Shown here one piece after another: positions 51,649 to 61,050 of a stretch of DNA of 61,246 bases. Below the pieces are notes generated by a model that did no database searches, was not told the DNA's origin, and worked only from the letters and a program-made list of their open reading frames with translations. The DNA comes from a virus (lineage: Duplodnaviria > Caudoviricetes). How positions within the stretch are numbered: position 1 is the stretch's first letter; each line of letters opens with the position of its first letter. The DNA is taken from the IMG/VR virus record IMGVR_UViG_3300044251_000017, positions 1 to 61,246 of that record; one strand, 5' to 3'. The translations under genes were made by a program, and so were the position numbers.

Positions 51649-52176
51649 TCAGGCGTTGACGATGGTGCCGGTTTCGATGTAGAGGCGCAGGAAGCGTTCG
51701 ACTGCGGAAGGAACGCTCTCACCCGAGGACTCGATGCGCTTCCACACATCGGCCTTTTGCAGCTCGGGCACCTTGAACCGGATGCGCTTGCGGTCCTCGC
51801 CGTACTGGCGAGGCTTGATCTTCGGGACCTCGAAGCGGACGGCGAAGTCCGTCCAGTCGCCGTCGAGCGTGACCTCGCCGTACTCGAACTCGGCGGTCTC
51901 GCCGTAGATCTTGATCCCTGCCTGCTCGGCGGCGTCCTCGGTCGGATAGATCTCGCCGTCCCACTTCCCTTCGGGGCTCGCGAGCACGAAGCCGGTCGGT
52001 CGCTTGGCGGTCGCGGCAGCCGTGAACAACGCAGCACGGGTGACAGCGGCGAGCCGCTCACCTTGGCGCTGTGCCCGAGCAAGGGCGGCGTCGTGCACGG
52101 TGACATCGATCCACAGCTCAACCGTGACCGGCGGACTCTGTGCCGCGGGTGCGCTTTCTGTCGTCTGCGTGTTCAT
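51649..52176 (-). CDS. Protein with two ribbon-helix-helix-like domains (leaderless)
   Basis: VELWID...AALARAQRQG..LAAVTRAAL and RIRFKVP...ESSGESVPSAVERFLRLYI. Confidence 0.65.
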   Translation of the reverse strand: MNTQTTESAPAAQSPPVTVELWIDVTVHDAALARAQRQGERLAAVTRAALFTAAATAKRPTGFVLASPEGKWDGEIYPTEDAAEQAGIKIYGETAEFEYGEVTLDGDWTDFAVRFEVPKIKPRQYGEDRKRIRFKVPELQKADVWKRIESSGESVPSAVERFLRLYIETGTIVNA

Positions 52177-52183
52177 ACCTGGT

Positions 52184-52212
52184 ATCGTACCCCCTGTAAT
52201 GGGGGGACACAA
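52184..52212 (-). promoter_or_regulatory. Promoter TTGTGT-17-TACGAT with box
   Basis: TTGTGT ccccccattacaggggg TACGAT. Confidence 0.85.
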
Positions 52213-52225
52213 GAGAGGACACGCC

Positions 52226-52585
52226 GTGAAGCCTGCCAAGGTCAATTGGAAAAAAGTCCGAGAGTTCCTGCTCACACGGTCAGAGGGATACTGCGAGGTC
52301 AGCGGCCGAGTGCTGGACCCGGCCACGTTCGACGTGCACCACCGCCGGAACAAGGGCATGGGCGGCACCACGCGGCCCGACCGGGACGCGCTGTGGAACC
52401 TGCTCGCGCTCGATCCCGCCACTCACAACGCGGCCGTTCGCGGCGAGCGCAGCGTGCACGGCAGCACCACGTGGTCGAATCCGTGCGGCTACCTGCTCTG
52501 GCAGACCGAGGACCCCGCCGTCCGCGAGTTCCTCTTGCACGGCCGCGACTGGGTGAAGATCGGCCCCGACGGCCTCTACCTGTAG
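52226..52585 (+). CDS. HNH endonuclease-like protein
   Basis: RSEGYCE, HHRRNKGMGG, NLL.L...H. Confidence 0.75.
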   Translation: MKPAKVNWKKVREFLLTRSEGYCEVSGRVLDPATFDVHHRRNKGMGGTTRPDRDALWNLLALDPATHNAAVRGERSVHGSTTWSNPCGYLLWQTEDPAVREFLLHGRDWVKIGPDGLYL

Positions 52586-52590
52586 ACGCA

Positions 52591-52634
52591 GAAACGCCCG
52601 GTGACCCCTTCCGCAAAAGGTCACCGGGCGTTTC
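52591..52634. terminator. Bidirectional intrinsic terminator
   Basis: GAAACGCCCGGTGACC...GGTCACCGGGCGTTTC. Confidence 0.8.
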
Positions 52635-52694
52635 CGGGAGAACACCATGCCTGCCACACGGTCCCCACGAGGGGGTTGAGTGAAGTGTAACTCG

Positions 52695-55253
52695 CTACGC
52701 GGGGAACGTGCGGATGGTCAGGTCGTCGGTGATCTGCGCGCCGTCGCCGCCGGCCGAGATCGTCCGCTTGATGGCCACCACCGAGCCGTAGGCGACCGTC
52801 GCCGCGGTCATGCCGGGCGCACCGGGCTTGTCCGGGTCCACGATCCGGCACACGTCTTGCAGCTGCGTGCGGGGGTCGCCCACCGTGGTGATCTGCTGAA
52901 ACAGCGTGGTCGGTTGCTTCACGTCCGCGAGCAGGGATGCGCCAACCGAGCGAAGCCAGAGGATGTCTTGGTGCCAGTCATCGGCCGGCAGGTTGAAGAT
53001 CCTTTCCTTGTAGCGGGCAATGCTTGTGGCGTCCTGGATGGTCTCGCTCGCGCTCGGGCGCGGCTGCAAGACCGTGCCCGCGACGTTCAAGAACGGCGTC
53101 GAGTCGTCCACCGCGTATTCCATCGGGCCGCCCGAGGTGTTGACCACGAGGATGCGCATGTGCCGCGCGTTCTGGTCGACAATGTCGACGAACCCCGGCA
53201 CGCAGGCGCACGGCATTCCAGCACCGACCGGCGGTGGACCGTTGCTCGGTCGGCTGTTCGGCACATAGTTGGTGAATCCGTCCTGCCAGAAGTCCGGTTT
53301 GTAGTAGTCCATGTAGTTCTGGTAGTAGAGCGTCGGGGGCGACAGGCCCACGTCGTAGCCCTGCGCGAACGGCCGCCAGGTGACACCGCCGCACCTCATG
53401 GACTGCACATCCGCGAGGGTCACCGGGTAGGTCCGGGTGATGTTGCCCGCCTGGTAGAAACTGTCCGCCTTGGGCTCGCCGTAGATCTTCTGGTAGGGCA
53501 TGGCCACCATGACCGCGGCAGTGAACCCGATGACGTTGGCTACCGACAGGTAGGTGGTCTCGGGCGCGAGCTCGTGAAGGTTGTCGAGGGTCAAATCGAA
53601 CACCGCGGCGCCCGAGGTCTGCCGGGACTTGATCGTCGCGCGCGAGTCGAACGTGGTCACCCCGAGCTCGGTGACGTAGAACGCCCCGAGCTCGGCACCC
53701 ACGAGCGACTGCACCACGTCGCCGGCGGGTTGCTGATTGATGTCCGGCAGCCAGATGAGTCGCTGCCCGGCGAGGTCCACCGAGGCTTGGTGCTGCGGGT
53801 CCGCCGGCGGCGTCGATTCGGGCTGGACGTAGGTGCCGATCGCCTGATTGGGGCCCTGGATCCACTGGACATACTGGACGGGCATCTGACTGTCGATCCA
53901 CGCGGCGTTCGTCGTGCCTTGTTCCCACAGGTAGGTGAGCGAACCGACGCTGCCCGTCGAGCCGCCGGTGGTCAAGTTGATCTGCTGGACGGCGTCCACC
54001 CACAGGCTCGCCCGGACCTGGCCGGAATCGAACCGCGCAACCCAGGAGACGAAGTGCCACCCGGTGGCCATGGCCGTGCTAGACCAGTTCCAGGTGACCG
54101 GCGAGGCGCCCTCGGACCGGACGGTCAGGTTGGCCACGCCGGTATCGTGCCGGACGCCGGACGAGATGACCGCGGGGTACTGGTTGCTGCCGCTGAAATT
54201 GAGCTGCAAGTCCGAGAGGTAGTAGTTGGTGACGCTGGTCGGGGTGTTCGCCACGCCGGACCGGTCGATGTAGACCCACCACGATTGCCCGAGGAGGTTC
54301 GAGTTGAGGCCGCCGTACTGCGACACGTCGTAGCGGGTGACGGCCTGCGCCGAGCCGTGCAGCGTCTTGTAGCCGCGCGCCGCGCCGTGCCAGAGGCCGA
54401 GGCTGTTGATGCCCTTGAAGGCCGGGCCGTACTTGCCCTGCGCTTTGGACCACACGTCGCCCGGCGTGTCCATGGCCGGGCTGTCCACCGGCGTGTTATG
54501 GATCTTCAGGCCGAACGACCACGCGGCCTGATAGACCGTCGGCCGTTCCTGGTTGATGCTGCCGATCGAGGGCAGCGTGGACCCGCGCATCGTCCACGCG
54601 AGCATCGCGGCGTTATGCCAGGCCGGCCCCTCGTAGAAACCCGACTTGCGCAGGATGTCGTCAATGAGCCAGCAGGCGGCGATCGTGCCGGTTTCGGGCA
54701 GCTCCACGGACCCGAACGTGGTGGCGGCAAGCTCGCGCGCGTAGGCGTTCGCGCCCCACCGGTAGTACGTGATGTTGTTTTCCAGCTGCCCTACCGCGTC
54801 AAAGCAGATGATCGTCACGGTGGCGTTCGCCCGACTCGGCGCCGCGGTGTCGACCCACCCCGTGAACTGCCGGATGGTGCCCACCGAACCGTCCGCCTTG
54901 ACCACGCGGACGTTGAGGAACATCGGGGTGTTGACCGCGCCCCCGTCGGCGTAGGTGCCGTAGGAGGCGAACGGCGAGAACATCTTCCACAGCGGCGTGC
55001 CGTCCGGCAGGTTGCCGCCGAGGGTGACGGTCATCTTCGCGCCCGAGTAGCCCTCGGTCGCCTGCATCTGCTCGGGGATCACGCCGGACAGCTGCCGCTC
55101 GATCGTGGCTTCGAGGATGTACTCGGACATGTCCGCCAGGGGATCGCCGAATGTGTTGTTGCGTCCCCAGTCCACGGACATCGAGACCCCGAAGTAGCGC
55201 TTTTGGCCGACTGCCAATGCCGCGGCGAGCGCCGTGTCACCTGTGAACTGCAC
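52695..55253 (-). CDS. Large minor tail (tail tip/hub) protein
   Basis: Second gene after tape measure; DATSIARY, GDPRTQLQD. Confidence 0.8.
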   Translation of the reverse strand: MQFTGDTALAAALAVGQKRYFGVSMSVDWGRNNTFGDPLADMSEYILEATIERQLSGVIPEQMQATEGYSGAKMTVTLGGNLPDGTPLWKMFSPFASYGTYADGGAVNTPMFLNVRVVKADGSVGTIRQFTGWVDTAAPSRANATVTIICFDAVGQLENNITYYRWGANAYARELAATTFGSVELPETGTIAACWLIDDILRKSGFYEGPAWHNAAMLAWTMRGSTLPSIGSINQERPTVYQAAWSFGLKIHNTPVDSPAMDTPGDVWSKAQGKYGPAFKGINSLGLWHGAARGYKTLHGSAQAVTRYDVSQYGGLNSNLLGQSWWVYIDRSGVANTPTSVTNYYLSDLQLNFSGSNQYPAVISSGVRHDTGVANLTVRSEGASPVTWNWSSTAMATGWHFVSWVARFDSGQVRASLWVDAVQQINLTTGGSTGSVGSLTYLWEQGTTNAAWIDSQMPVQYVQWIQGPNQAIGTYVQPESTPPADPQHQASVDLAGQRLIWLPDINQQPAGDVVQSLVGAELGAFYVTELGVTTFDSRATIKSRQTSGAAVFDLTLDNLHELAPETTYLSVANVIGFTAAVMVAMPYQKIYGEPKADSFYQAGNITRTYPVTLADVQSMRCGGVTWRPFAQGYDVGLSPPTLYYQNYMDYYKPDFWQDGFTNYVPNSRPSNGPPPVGAGMPCACVPGFVDIVDQNARHMRILVVNTSGGPMEYAVDDSTPFLNVAGTVLQPRPSASETIQDATSIARYKERIFNLPADDWHQDILWLRSVGASLLADVKQPTTLFQQITTVGDPRTQLQDVCRIVDPDKPGAPGMTAATVAYGSVVAIKRTISAGGDGAQITDDLTIRTFPA

Positions 55254-55256
55254 TGA

Positions 55257-56111
55257 TCACACCTCTCGGATGGATACGGCGGACGAGGTGTAGTTGCCGA
55301 CGCGTTGCCGGCCCGAATCCATCGCCACGAGGATGACCCGCGGTACGCCGGTCCCAAGCGTCCAGTCCGCCGGCGTGCCCCCGGCGTTGAGCATCCACGC
55401 CAGGGTGGTGAAGGTGCCCGTGGCGGCTGCCCGAATCTGTACTTGGACCGCCACGATCGTGCCGTTGCTCGGCACGGTGTAGGTGACGTAGCGCCGCGGT
55501 GGCGTGCCCGCGATGACCGTGGTTCCGGTGATCGGCGTCTGCGGGGCGAGTGCGGCGTTGAGCGGGACGATTTCGAGGGTCGGCGCGCCCGCCTGCGCAT
55601 AGACCGAGAACGTGATCACCTCGCCCGGCACGACCGGGACCTGCGCGGTGTCGGTGAGCACGTTCGTGGCGGCCGGTACCCACTGCACGGCGCGGCTCGG
55701 GCCAGGTGAGAAGTGCGTGCCGTTGGGCAGCAGCACCGAGGTGGCCGTGATGTAAGTCAGCGGACCGGCGCCAGGGTTGTTCCAGTCGAGCGCGTTGGCG
55801 TTGCTCGACAGCGGCGCCGTGCCCGAGCTGGATATCCGGGCGCGCAGTCGGTTCGGCCGGCTCGTGTCGAGCAGGAAGAACGGACCGAGGATCGCATCGG
55901 TGTAGAGCATCTCGAACCAGGAGAGCGCGCGCGGTGTGAGCCCTTCGAGCGGGATCTCGAACTCGCGGCGCCGGTTGAACACGTCCTTGGTGCGGCGGCC
56001 GGACAGCGGCAGGTGCTCGGCGCCGGACTCGGTGAGCACGGCGGTGAAGCCGTCCGTGGGAATGTCGATCTTCATCAGCCGGCCCATCGGACCGAGGTAG
56101 ATGGATTCCAC
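55257..56111 (-). CDS. Distal tail-like minor tail protein
   Basis: IYLGPMG; directly after tape measure. Confidence 0.75.
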   Translation of the reverse strand: MESIYLGPMGRLMKIDIPTDGFTAVLTESGAEHLPLSGRRTKDVFNRRREFEIPLEGLTPRALSWFEMLYTDAILGPFFLLDTSRPNRLRARISSSGTAPLSSNANALDWNNPGAGPLTYITATSVLLPNGTHFSPGPSRAVQWVPAATNVLTDTAQVPVVPGEVITFSVYAQAGAPTLEIVPLNAALAPQTPITGTTVIAGTPPRRYVTYTVPSNGTIVAVQVQIRAAATGTFTTLAWMLNAGGTPADWTLGTGVPRVILVAMDSGRQRVGNYTSSAVSIREV

Positions 56112-56114
56112 GAT

Positions 56115-58889
56115 CTACCTCCTCCGCTTGTCGTCTTGCTGCACGCGCTTGATCCCGCTGTTCGCCTCGGTGGCCGAGACGACCACGGCCACGCCGGTCA
56201 TGGCATCGGCGATCGCCCCCGGCAGCCCGGCAGCGTGATCGGCCATCTGGCCCGCTGCGGTGGACGCCTGCTCGGCGGCGGCGCGCTGTGCCCGAGTCGC
56301 CTCACCGGTCGGGTCCGGCAGATCCGGCAGCCCACCGCCCTTGAGCGAGAGGCCATCGACCGAGGCGGCCAGGCTGACCGCGTCCGCGAACCCGGCGTTG
56401 AGCCCCTCGGCGATTCGCTGCCCGAGCGGCTTACCGATCCCGTCGGCGTCCATCCCGTTGACCGCGTCGGTGGCCAGGGTCGACAGCGCACCGTGCACGG
56501 CGTTGGCGTTGGCGAGGATGCCCTCACCGATGCCAGCCGGTATCCAGTGGCCGACCTCGTCCGCAAAGACCTTGGACGGCGAGCTGATGTGCAAAATGCT
56601 CTTGAACTTGTCGACGATCCCGCCGACGAAACCGGTAACCTTGTCCCACAGCCATTTCGCCATGCCCTGGATGCCGTTCCAGAGGCCCTCGATGAGGTTG
56701 CGGCCGGCCTCGATGAGCAGGCGGCCCATGTCCCCGAGCCGGTCCAGAATCCATCCCGGTATGGATTTCACCCAGTCGAGCATGTTGCCCGCGGTCGTCT
56801 TGACGCCGTCGAGGAACATCGTCCACGCGGTCTTGGCGAATGCGATGAGCTTGCTACCGAGCTCGGCCAGGCCTTCCAGGATGCGGCCCGGCAGCCCGCG
56901 CACCCAGATGATTATCTCGGCGGCCTTCTCGATGAATCCGTTCTTGAGTGCGATGAACGAGCCCACGGCCCAATCCCGGATCATGATCGCAAACTCGGCG
57001 ACCGCCAGGAGAATCCGGCCGGGCAGCTCGGTGAACCACTGGATCACGTTGGCGATGCCGGCGACGACGGCCACGCCGAGGTTGATGAACGCGTTGATGG
57101 CCCAGTCGTAGAGCATCGGGCCGAACTGGATGATGGCCATGATCGCCTTGACCGGCAGGGCGAGCAGTAGCGCAATGATCCATTCGATGCCTTGCACCAC
57201 CGCGTTGAGCATGAACTTGGCGGCGTTGAGCCAGGCGTTGAACAGCACGCTCGGCAGGGAGAGCAGGAAGGCGCCGACCTTGGCGGGCAGGCCCTTGATG
57301 AAGTTGATCGCCGCGGTGAAGCCGTTCACGATCCCGGCGCCGATGGTCTTGAAGAACGTGCCGATGGCGGCCACCGTGCCGGACAGCCAGGAGACGAATC
57401 CCTGCCACGCGCCCTTGACGAACTGCACCACCTTGGTGACCACGTCCGAGACGAACTTCCACACGTCATCCCACCGGGCGCGGAACCAGTCCAGGTTGGT
57501 GGCCACCACGATGATGACGGCCACGAGAGCGGCAATGGCGAGTACGACGATGCCGATGGGGTTCGCGTCCAGTGCGGCGTTCCAGGCCCACTGCGCCACC
57601 GTGACGGCGATCGTGAGCACCTCCCACGCTTTCAGCACCAAGAGCAGGCCCTTGACCACGAGCAGGATCTCGGCGAGCGCGATGGCGACCGGGCCGATCC
57701 ACTGCATGTTGGCCGCGAGGAACTCGGCCACCTTGCCGAACGCGACACCGAGTCCGTCGACTATCGCCACTACGGTGGGCGTGAGGATCGCCACGAGTTG
57801 CGAGAAGGCCGAGACGAGACTCGGGATGGCCGGGCCGATCGCCTTGAGCGCGGACATCAGTACGGTGGACACCGCGGTACCGATGGCGTTGATGGCCTGC
57901 GCCAGGGCCACGAGCGTGGCGTGTCCCTCGGTGGACTGGACGAACGCCTTGACCGTGCCCAGCACCGAGCCGAGCACGCCACCCATCGAGCCGCCGGCCT
58001 CCTGGATGGCGCCGAACACCGCACGGATGATGGCAATCACGTCGCCGAGCACCGAGCCGATGGCCTTGAAACCGTCCAGCGCGGAGTGAATCCAGGCGGT
58101 GAGCGCGCCGGTGTCGGCCATGCGCTGGATGAGCGCGTTGAATCGCTCGCCGGCGGCCCCGGCGCCCGCGGTCATCTGGATCAAGATCGGCATCGCCGTA
58201 CTGCCGATCTTGACGAACGCCTGAATCAGTGGGGTGACGAACCCGCCGAGGTTCTGCACGACGCGGGCCGTGCCGCCGAGCAAGGCCTGTAGCTGCTTGA
58301 TGGCGTCGTTCGACTTGAGCCATATCGAGACCTTGGTGGCCACACCCCCGACGGCCGTGGCGATCTGCTGTAGGCCGTTGGTCAGCGGCGGCAGGGCGAC
58401 CTTGAGGTTGTTGACCGCGGGCACAAGGGCGCTCTCGAACGACGCGCTGACCTTCTTTTTCATCACGTCGAGCGTCGGATTGAGCTGCGCGATGGCACGC
58501 TTCGCCCCGTCCGCGCCGAGCTTGACCGCGGCCATCACTCCGCCTAGCGCGATGCCCGCGGGTACCGCGAGGAACAGTGCGCCGGACAGGGTGAACAGAG
58601 CCGAGGCCGCGGCGGGCAGGAAGTTCATGGTGCCCGCGAGTGCCGAGAACGACAGGGCCCATTGCGCCACCCCGCGCGCGGACGCGAGCACGCCCTTGAG
58701 CAGACCGTCCACGGTCTTGTTCATCTTCTTGAGGTTGCCGTCTGCCTCTTTGGCCTTTTTCGCCACGTCGTCCAGTGGCTTGCTCGCCGGCTTGAGCGTG
58801 CCGAGCGCGTCGTTGAGATCCTGGCTGACCTGCTTTTTCAGGCCAACGGTATCGGCGTCGATGCGGATTGTCGCCTCGCCAATAAGCAT
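56115..58889 (-). CDS. Tape measure protein
   Basis: 924 aa Ala-rich helical; ANPIG, W-periodic repeats, ISSPSKV. Confidence 0.92.
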   Translation of the reverse strand: MLIGEATIRIDADTVGLKKQVSQDLNDALGTLKPASKPLDDVAKKAKEADGNLKKMNKTVDGLLKGVLASARGVAQWALSFSALAGTMNFLPAAASALFTLSGALFLAVPAGIALGGVMAAVKLGADGAKRAIAQLNPTLDVMKKKVSASFESALVPAVNNLKVALPPLTNGLQQIATAVGGVATKVSIWLKSNDAIKQLQALLGGTARVVQNLGGFVTPLIQAFVKIGSTAMPILIQMTAGAGAAGERFNALIQRMADTGALTAWIHSALDGFKAIGSVLGDVIAIIRAVFGAIQEAGGSMGGVLGSVLGTVKAFVQSTEGHATLVALAQAINAIGTAVSTVLMSALKAIGPAIPSLVSAFSQLVAILTPTVVAIVDGLGVAFGKVAEFLAANMQWIGPVAIALAEILLVVKGLLLVLKAWEVLTIAVTVAQWAWNAALDANPIGIVVLAIAALVAVIIVVATNLDWFRARWDDVWKFVSDVVTKVVQFVKGAWQGFVSWLSGTVAAIGTFFKTIGAGIVNGFTAAINFIKGLPAKVGAFLLSLPSVLFNAWLNAAKFMLNAVVQGIEWIIALLLALPVKAIMAIIQFGPMLYDWAINAFINLGVAVVAGIANVIQWFTELPGRILLAVAEFAIMIRDWAVGSFIALKNGFIEKAAEIIIWVRGLPGRILEGLAELGSKLIAFAKTAWTMFLDGVKTTAGNMLDWVKSIPGWILDRLGDMGRLLIEAGRNLIEGLWNGIQGMAKWLWDKVTGFVGGIVDKFKSILHISSPSKVFADEVGHWIPAGIGEGILANANAVHGALSTLATDAVNGMDADGIGKPLGQRIAEGLNAGFADAVSLAASVDGLSLKGGGLPDLPDPTGEATRAQRAAAEQASTAAGQMADHAAGLPGAIADAMTGVAVVVSATEANSGIKRVQQDDKRRR

Positions 58890-58904
58890 CGACGCCGACC
58901 CCCT

Positions 58905-59210
58905 CTACTGCCTCGGTACTGCCGTGTTCGCCAGGCTGCCGGTGAGCGCCTGGTGCTGCGGGGTCAAGCCCCACGTCTCGCGTGTCGCCACCGGATCGAT
59001 CATGGCGTCCCGAGCCGAGAGTGCCGATTCCAGTTTCTTGATCTCGTCCACCGGGGTCTCAAAGAGCATGGCATAGGCGGCGTCGAGCCAGACCTTGAGC
59101 GGCGACCGCATATTGATCCCGGCCATCGCCAACCGGCCGTCGATGAACGCCTTGTGCCAGGGGCCCTGCGCCGCACTCATGATCGAGAGGGCGCGGTGGT
59201 AGGGCGCCCG
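58905..59210 (-). CDS. Tail assembly chaperone, second (GT) part
   Basis: -1 frame reads PYHRALSIMSAAQ...WLDAAY; ATG at 59180 also possible. Confidence 0.65.
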   Translation of the reverse strand, partial: RAPYHRALSIMSAAQGPWHKAFIDGRLAMAGINMRSPLKVWLDAAYAMLFETPVDEIKKLESALSARDAMIDPVATRETWGLTPQHQALTGSLANTAVPRQ

Positions 59211-59689
59211 GACGCCTTACCCATCATGTCCTTGAGCATCTCGGAGAGGTCGTTGATGTCCACGGTCGCCTCGTCCTCGTAGAGCAGGTGCATGAGGCGA
59301 CGGCGGCTCGATCCCTTGTGCGGCTCGGTGAACTTGACCGCCTGGTCCATCGGGTAGATATTGCCGTCCGGGCCGCGGAACTTGGGCTCGTAGTCCTCGG
59401 GTAGCGGGTCCGGTGCGTTCAACTCGGTCGGCTGCCACTGCTCAGGGACGCCGTCCGAGTTGATGACCATCTTCTTGATCATCCTGACGACCACGTTCAT
59501 CTGCGCCAGGCCGTCATCCCCGGTGGCCGACAGGGCGGCCAGGTCGCCGGCATCGGACTGCGGACGCGCGGTGAACTCGTGCCACTCCTCTTGCGGCTCG
59601 CCGGCGCCGTTCTCGCGCATCGCCTGTAGCTCGAAGTCCACAAGCGGAATCGGCTCGGCTCGCAGTTTCCCGTAACGCTTTCCCGACAT
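59177..59689 (-). CDS. Tail assembly chaperone (G)
   Basis: AAGAAAGG RBS; ends GRPT; upstream of tape measure. Confidence 0.75.
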   Translation of the reverse strand: MSGKRYGKLRAEPIPLVDFELQAMRENGAGEPQEEWHEFTARPQSDAGDLAALSATGDDGLAQMNVVVRMIKKMVINSDGVPEQWQPTELNAPDPLPEDYEPKFRGPDGNIYPMDQAVKFTEPHKGSSRRRLMHLLYEDEATVDINDLSEMLKDMMGKASGRPTTAPSRS

Positions 59690-59784
59690 GGTCAACCTTT
59701 CTTTGATCTTGCAGAACACGATCTCGACGGCGTACGTGATCACGACGGCGTTCGCCATGAACGTGAGCAGGGACCACGCCCGGC

Positions 59785-60210
59785 TCACTTGAGCGCCTCG
59801 GGCAGCGACAGGCCGACGAACGGGTTGGCGTCCGTCCCGGGATGCCAGACCACCTGCGCGAACCGGACACTGCCGCCCTGGACGAACCGCAGGTGCGCGT
59901 TCGCCCGGTTGGGGATGGCCCGGATCTCGTGCGCCGGCGTTCCGAACAGGATGTAGCCGAGGTAGGGCGTGACGCCTTCCTTGCCGATGATCACATCGAC
60001 GTACGGCTTGAGCCCGCGGGCACGGCGACTCTTCCTGCTCGTGGCCGCGAGCGTGCCCGTCTTGCGGGGCACCTTGCGCAGCTGGAAGTTCTGCACGTTG
60101 GTCGCCCGGCGATCGAGGTCCCTCCGGATCGGACCGTTCGGCGCGCTCACGAATCGTCCGAACAAGGCAGAGTTGATACCGCCCTTGGCAAGTCTCGCGC
60201 GAATGGCCAC
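59785..60210 (-). CDS. HK97 gp10-like neck/tail completion protein
   Basis: PRKTGTL, GTPAHEI, VWHPGT.ANPF. Confidence 0.8.
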   Translation of the reverse strand: MAIRARLAKGGINSALFGRFVSAPNGPIRRDLDRRATNVQNFQLRKVPRKTGTLAATSRKSRRARGLKPYVDVIIGKEGVTPYLGYILFGTPAHEIRAIPNRANAHLRFVQGGSVRFAQVVWHPGTDANPFVGLSLPEALK

Positions 60211-60765
60211 TTATGCCTCCTCGTCCCCCACCATCACGTCGAACGCCGTGAGGATGAGGGACGCCTCGATGCCCGCGTAGCCGCCGGACGGCCCGATCGG
60301 CGCGACCGCGCCCGCGTCCACGTTCGAGGCGGTGCTCATCCAGCTCGGTGGGCTCGATGCGAGGTTGACCGTGGCCTGCGACAGCAAGCCCATGTCGATC
60401 AGCTGTTGCCGTCCGGCCTTGTTGATCTCGGCGGGATCGGGCAGCGTGTCGTCCTCGATCGACGGAACGCAGCGCACGAGCTGAATCCCGTAGACCACCT
60501 GCCGGATGGTGAGCACCGAGGCGACCGACCCCGCGCGCGGCGAGGCCGAGGCCGCACCCTGGCGCGCGCCACCGTTGGTGATGCCGACGCAGCCGACCAC
60601 GAGTTGCTCGCAGTCCCACGCATCCAGTGACGGCACGCCGGGGCAGATGTAGCGCCGAGTCGGCAGCGCGACGTTCGACGTGGCGAAGAACGCCTCGATG
60701 TAGTCGAGCACGTTCTCGGCCACCGGCAACAGCGCCAGGCCCGTGGCCGGCAGGTTCGGGCTCAC
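60211..60765 (-). CDS. Tail terminator-like protein
   Basis: AWDCEQL, QLVRCVP, GPSGG. Confidence 0.7.
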   Translation of the reverse strand: MSPNLPATGLALLPVAENVLDYIEAFFATSNVALPTRRYICPGVPSLDAWDCEQLVVGCVGITNGGARQGAASASPRAGSVASVLTIRQVVYGIQLVRCVPSIEDDTLPDPAEINKAGRQQLIDMGLLSQATVNLASSPPSWMSTASNVDAGAVAPIGPSGGYAGIEASLILTAFDVMVGDEEA

Positions 60766-61007
60766 TGCTTGACCGGCGCCGTCTTGGCGCGGCGAGGCCG
60801 ACGACCACGGGCAGTCGCGCGCGGCTTGACGGGGGGCTTCTCGTCCGGCGCCACCTCGGCCGGCGTCTCGACGGCGGGAGGTTCGACCACGGGCGTATTG
60901 GCGTACTCGGCAGGGAACAGCTCAACGGCCACCTCGGCCATGGCGTCACCGAAACGCACCGGCTCGCGGTGGCCCGAGAAGGGATCGTGTTCGCGAATCA
61001 AGGTCAT
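60762..61007 (-). CDS. Small hypothetical protein
   Basis: HDPFSG; basic C-terminus; ATG 7 nt after TACGCT. Confidence 0.6.
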   Translation of the reverse strand: MTLIREHDPFSGHREPVRFGDAMAEVAVELFPAEYANTPVVEPPAVETPAEVAPDEKPPVKPRATARGRRPRRAKTAPVKQ

Positions 61008-61031
61008 GCCGCACAGCGTAACCCGATCTCG

Positions 61032-61048
61032 CCCCCTAGATCAGGGGG
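61032..61048. promoter_or_regulatory. Box variant CCCCCTAGATCAGGGGG
   Basis: C5-N7-G5 palindrome 11 nt upstream of TACGCT on the minus strand. Confidence 0.6.
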
Positions 61049-61050
61049 TG

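Noticed and set aside
59690-60949. 590-aa ORF 59177-60949 as a single gene
   Set aside because: The upstream part overlaps neck and terminator genes in other frames; the chaperone most likely starts at 59689 with a strong RBS
5669-61048. C5/G5 boxes as CRISPR repeats, transposon ends or G-quadruplexes
   Set aside because: Dispersed single copies with no spacers, cas genes or transposase, and one G-run per strand
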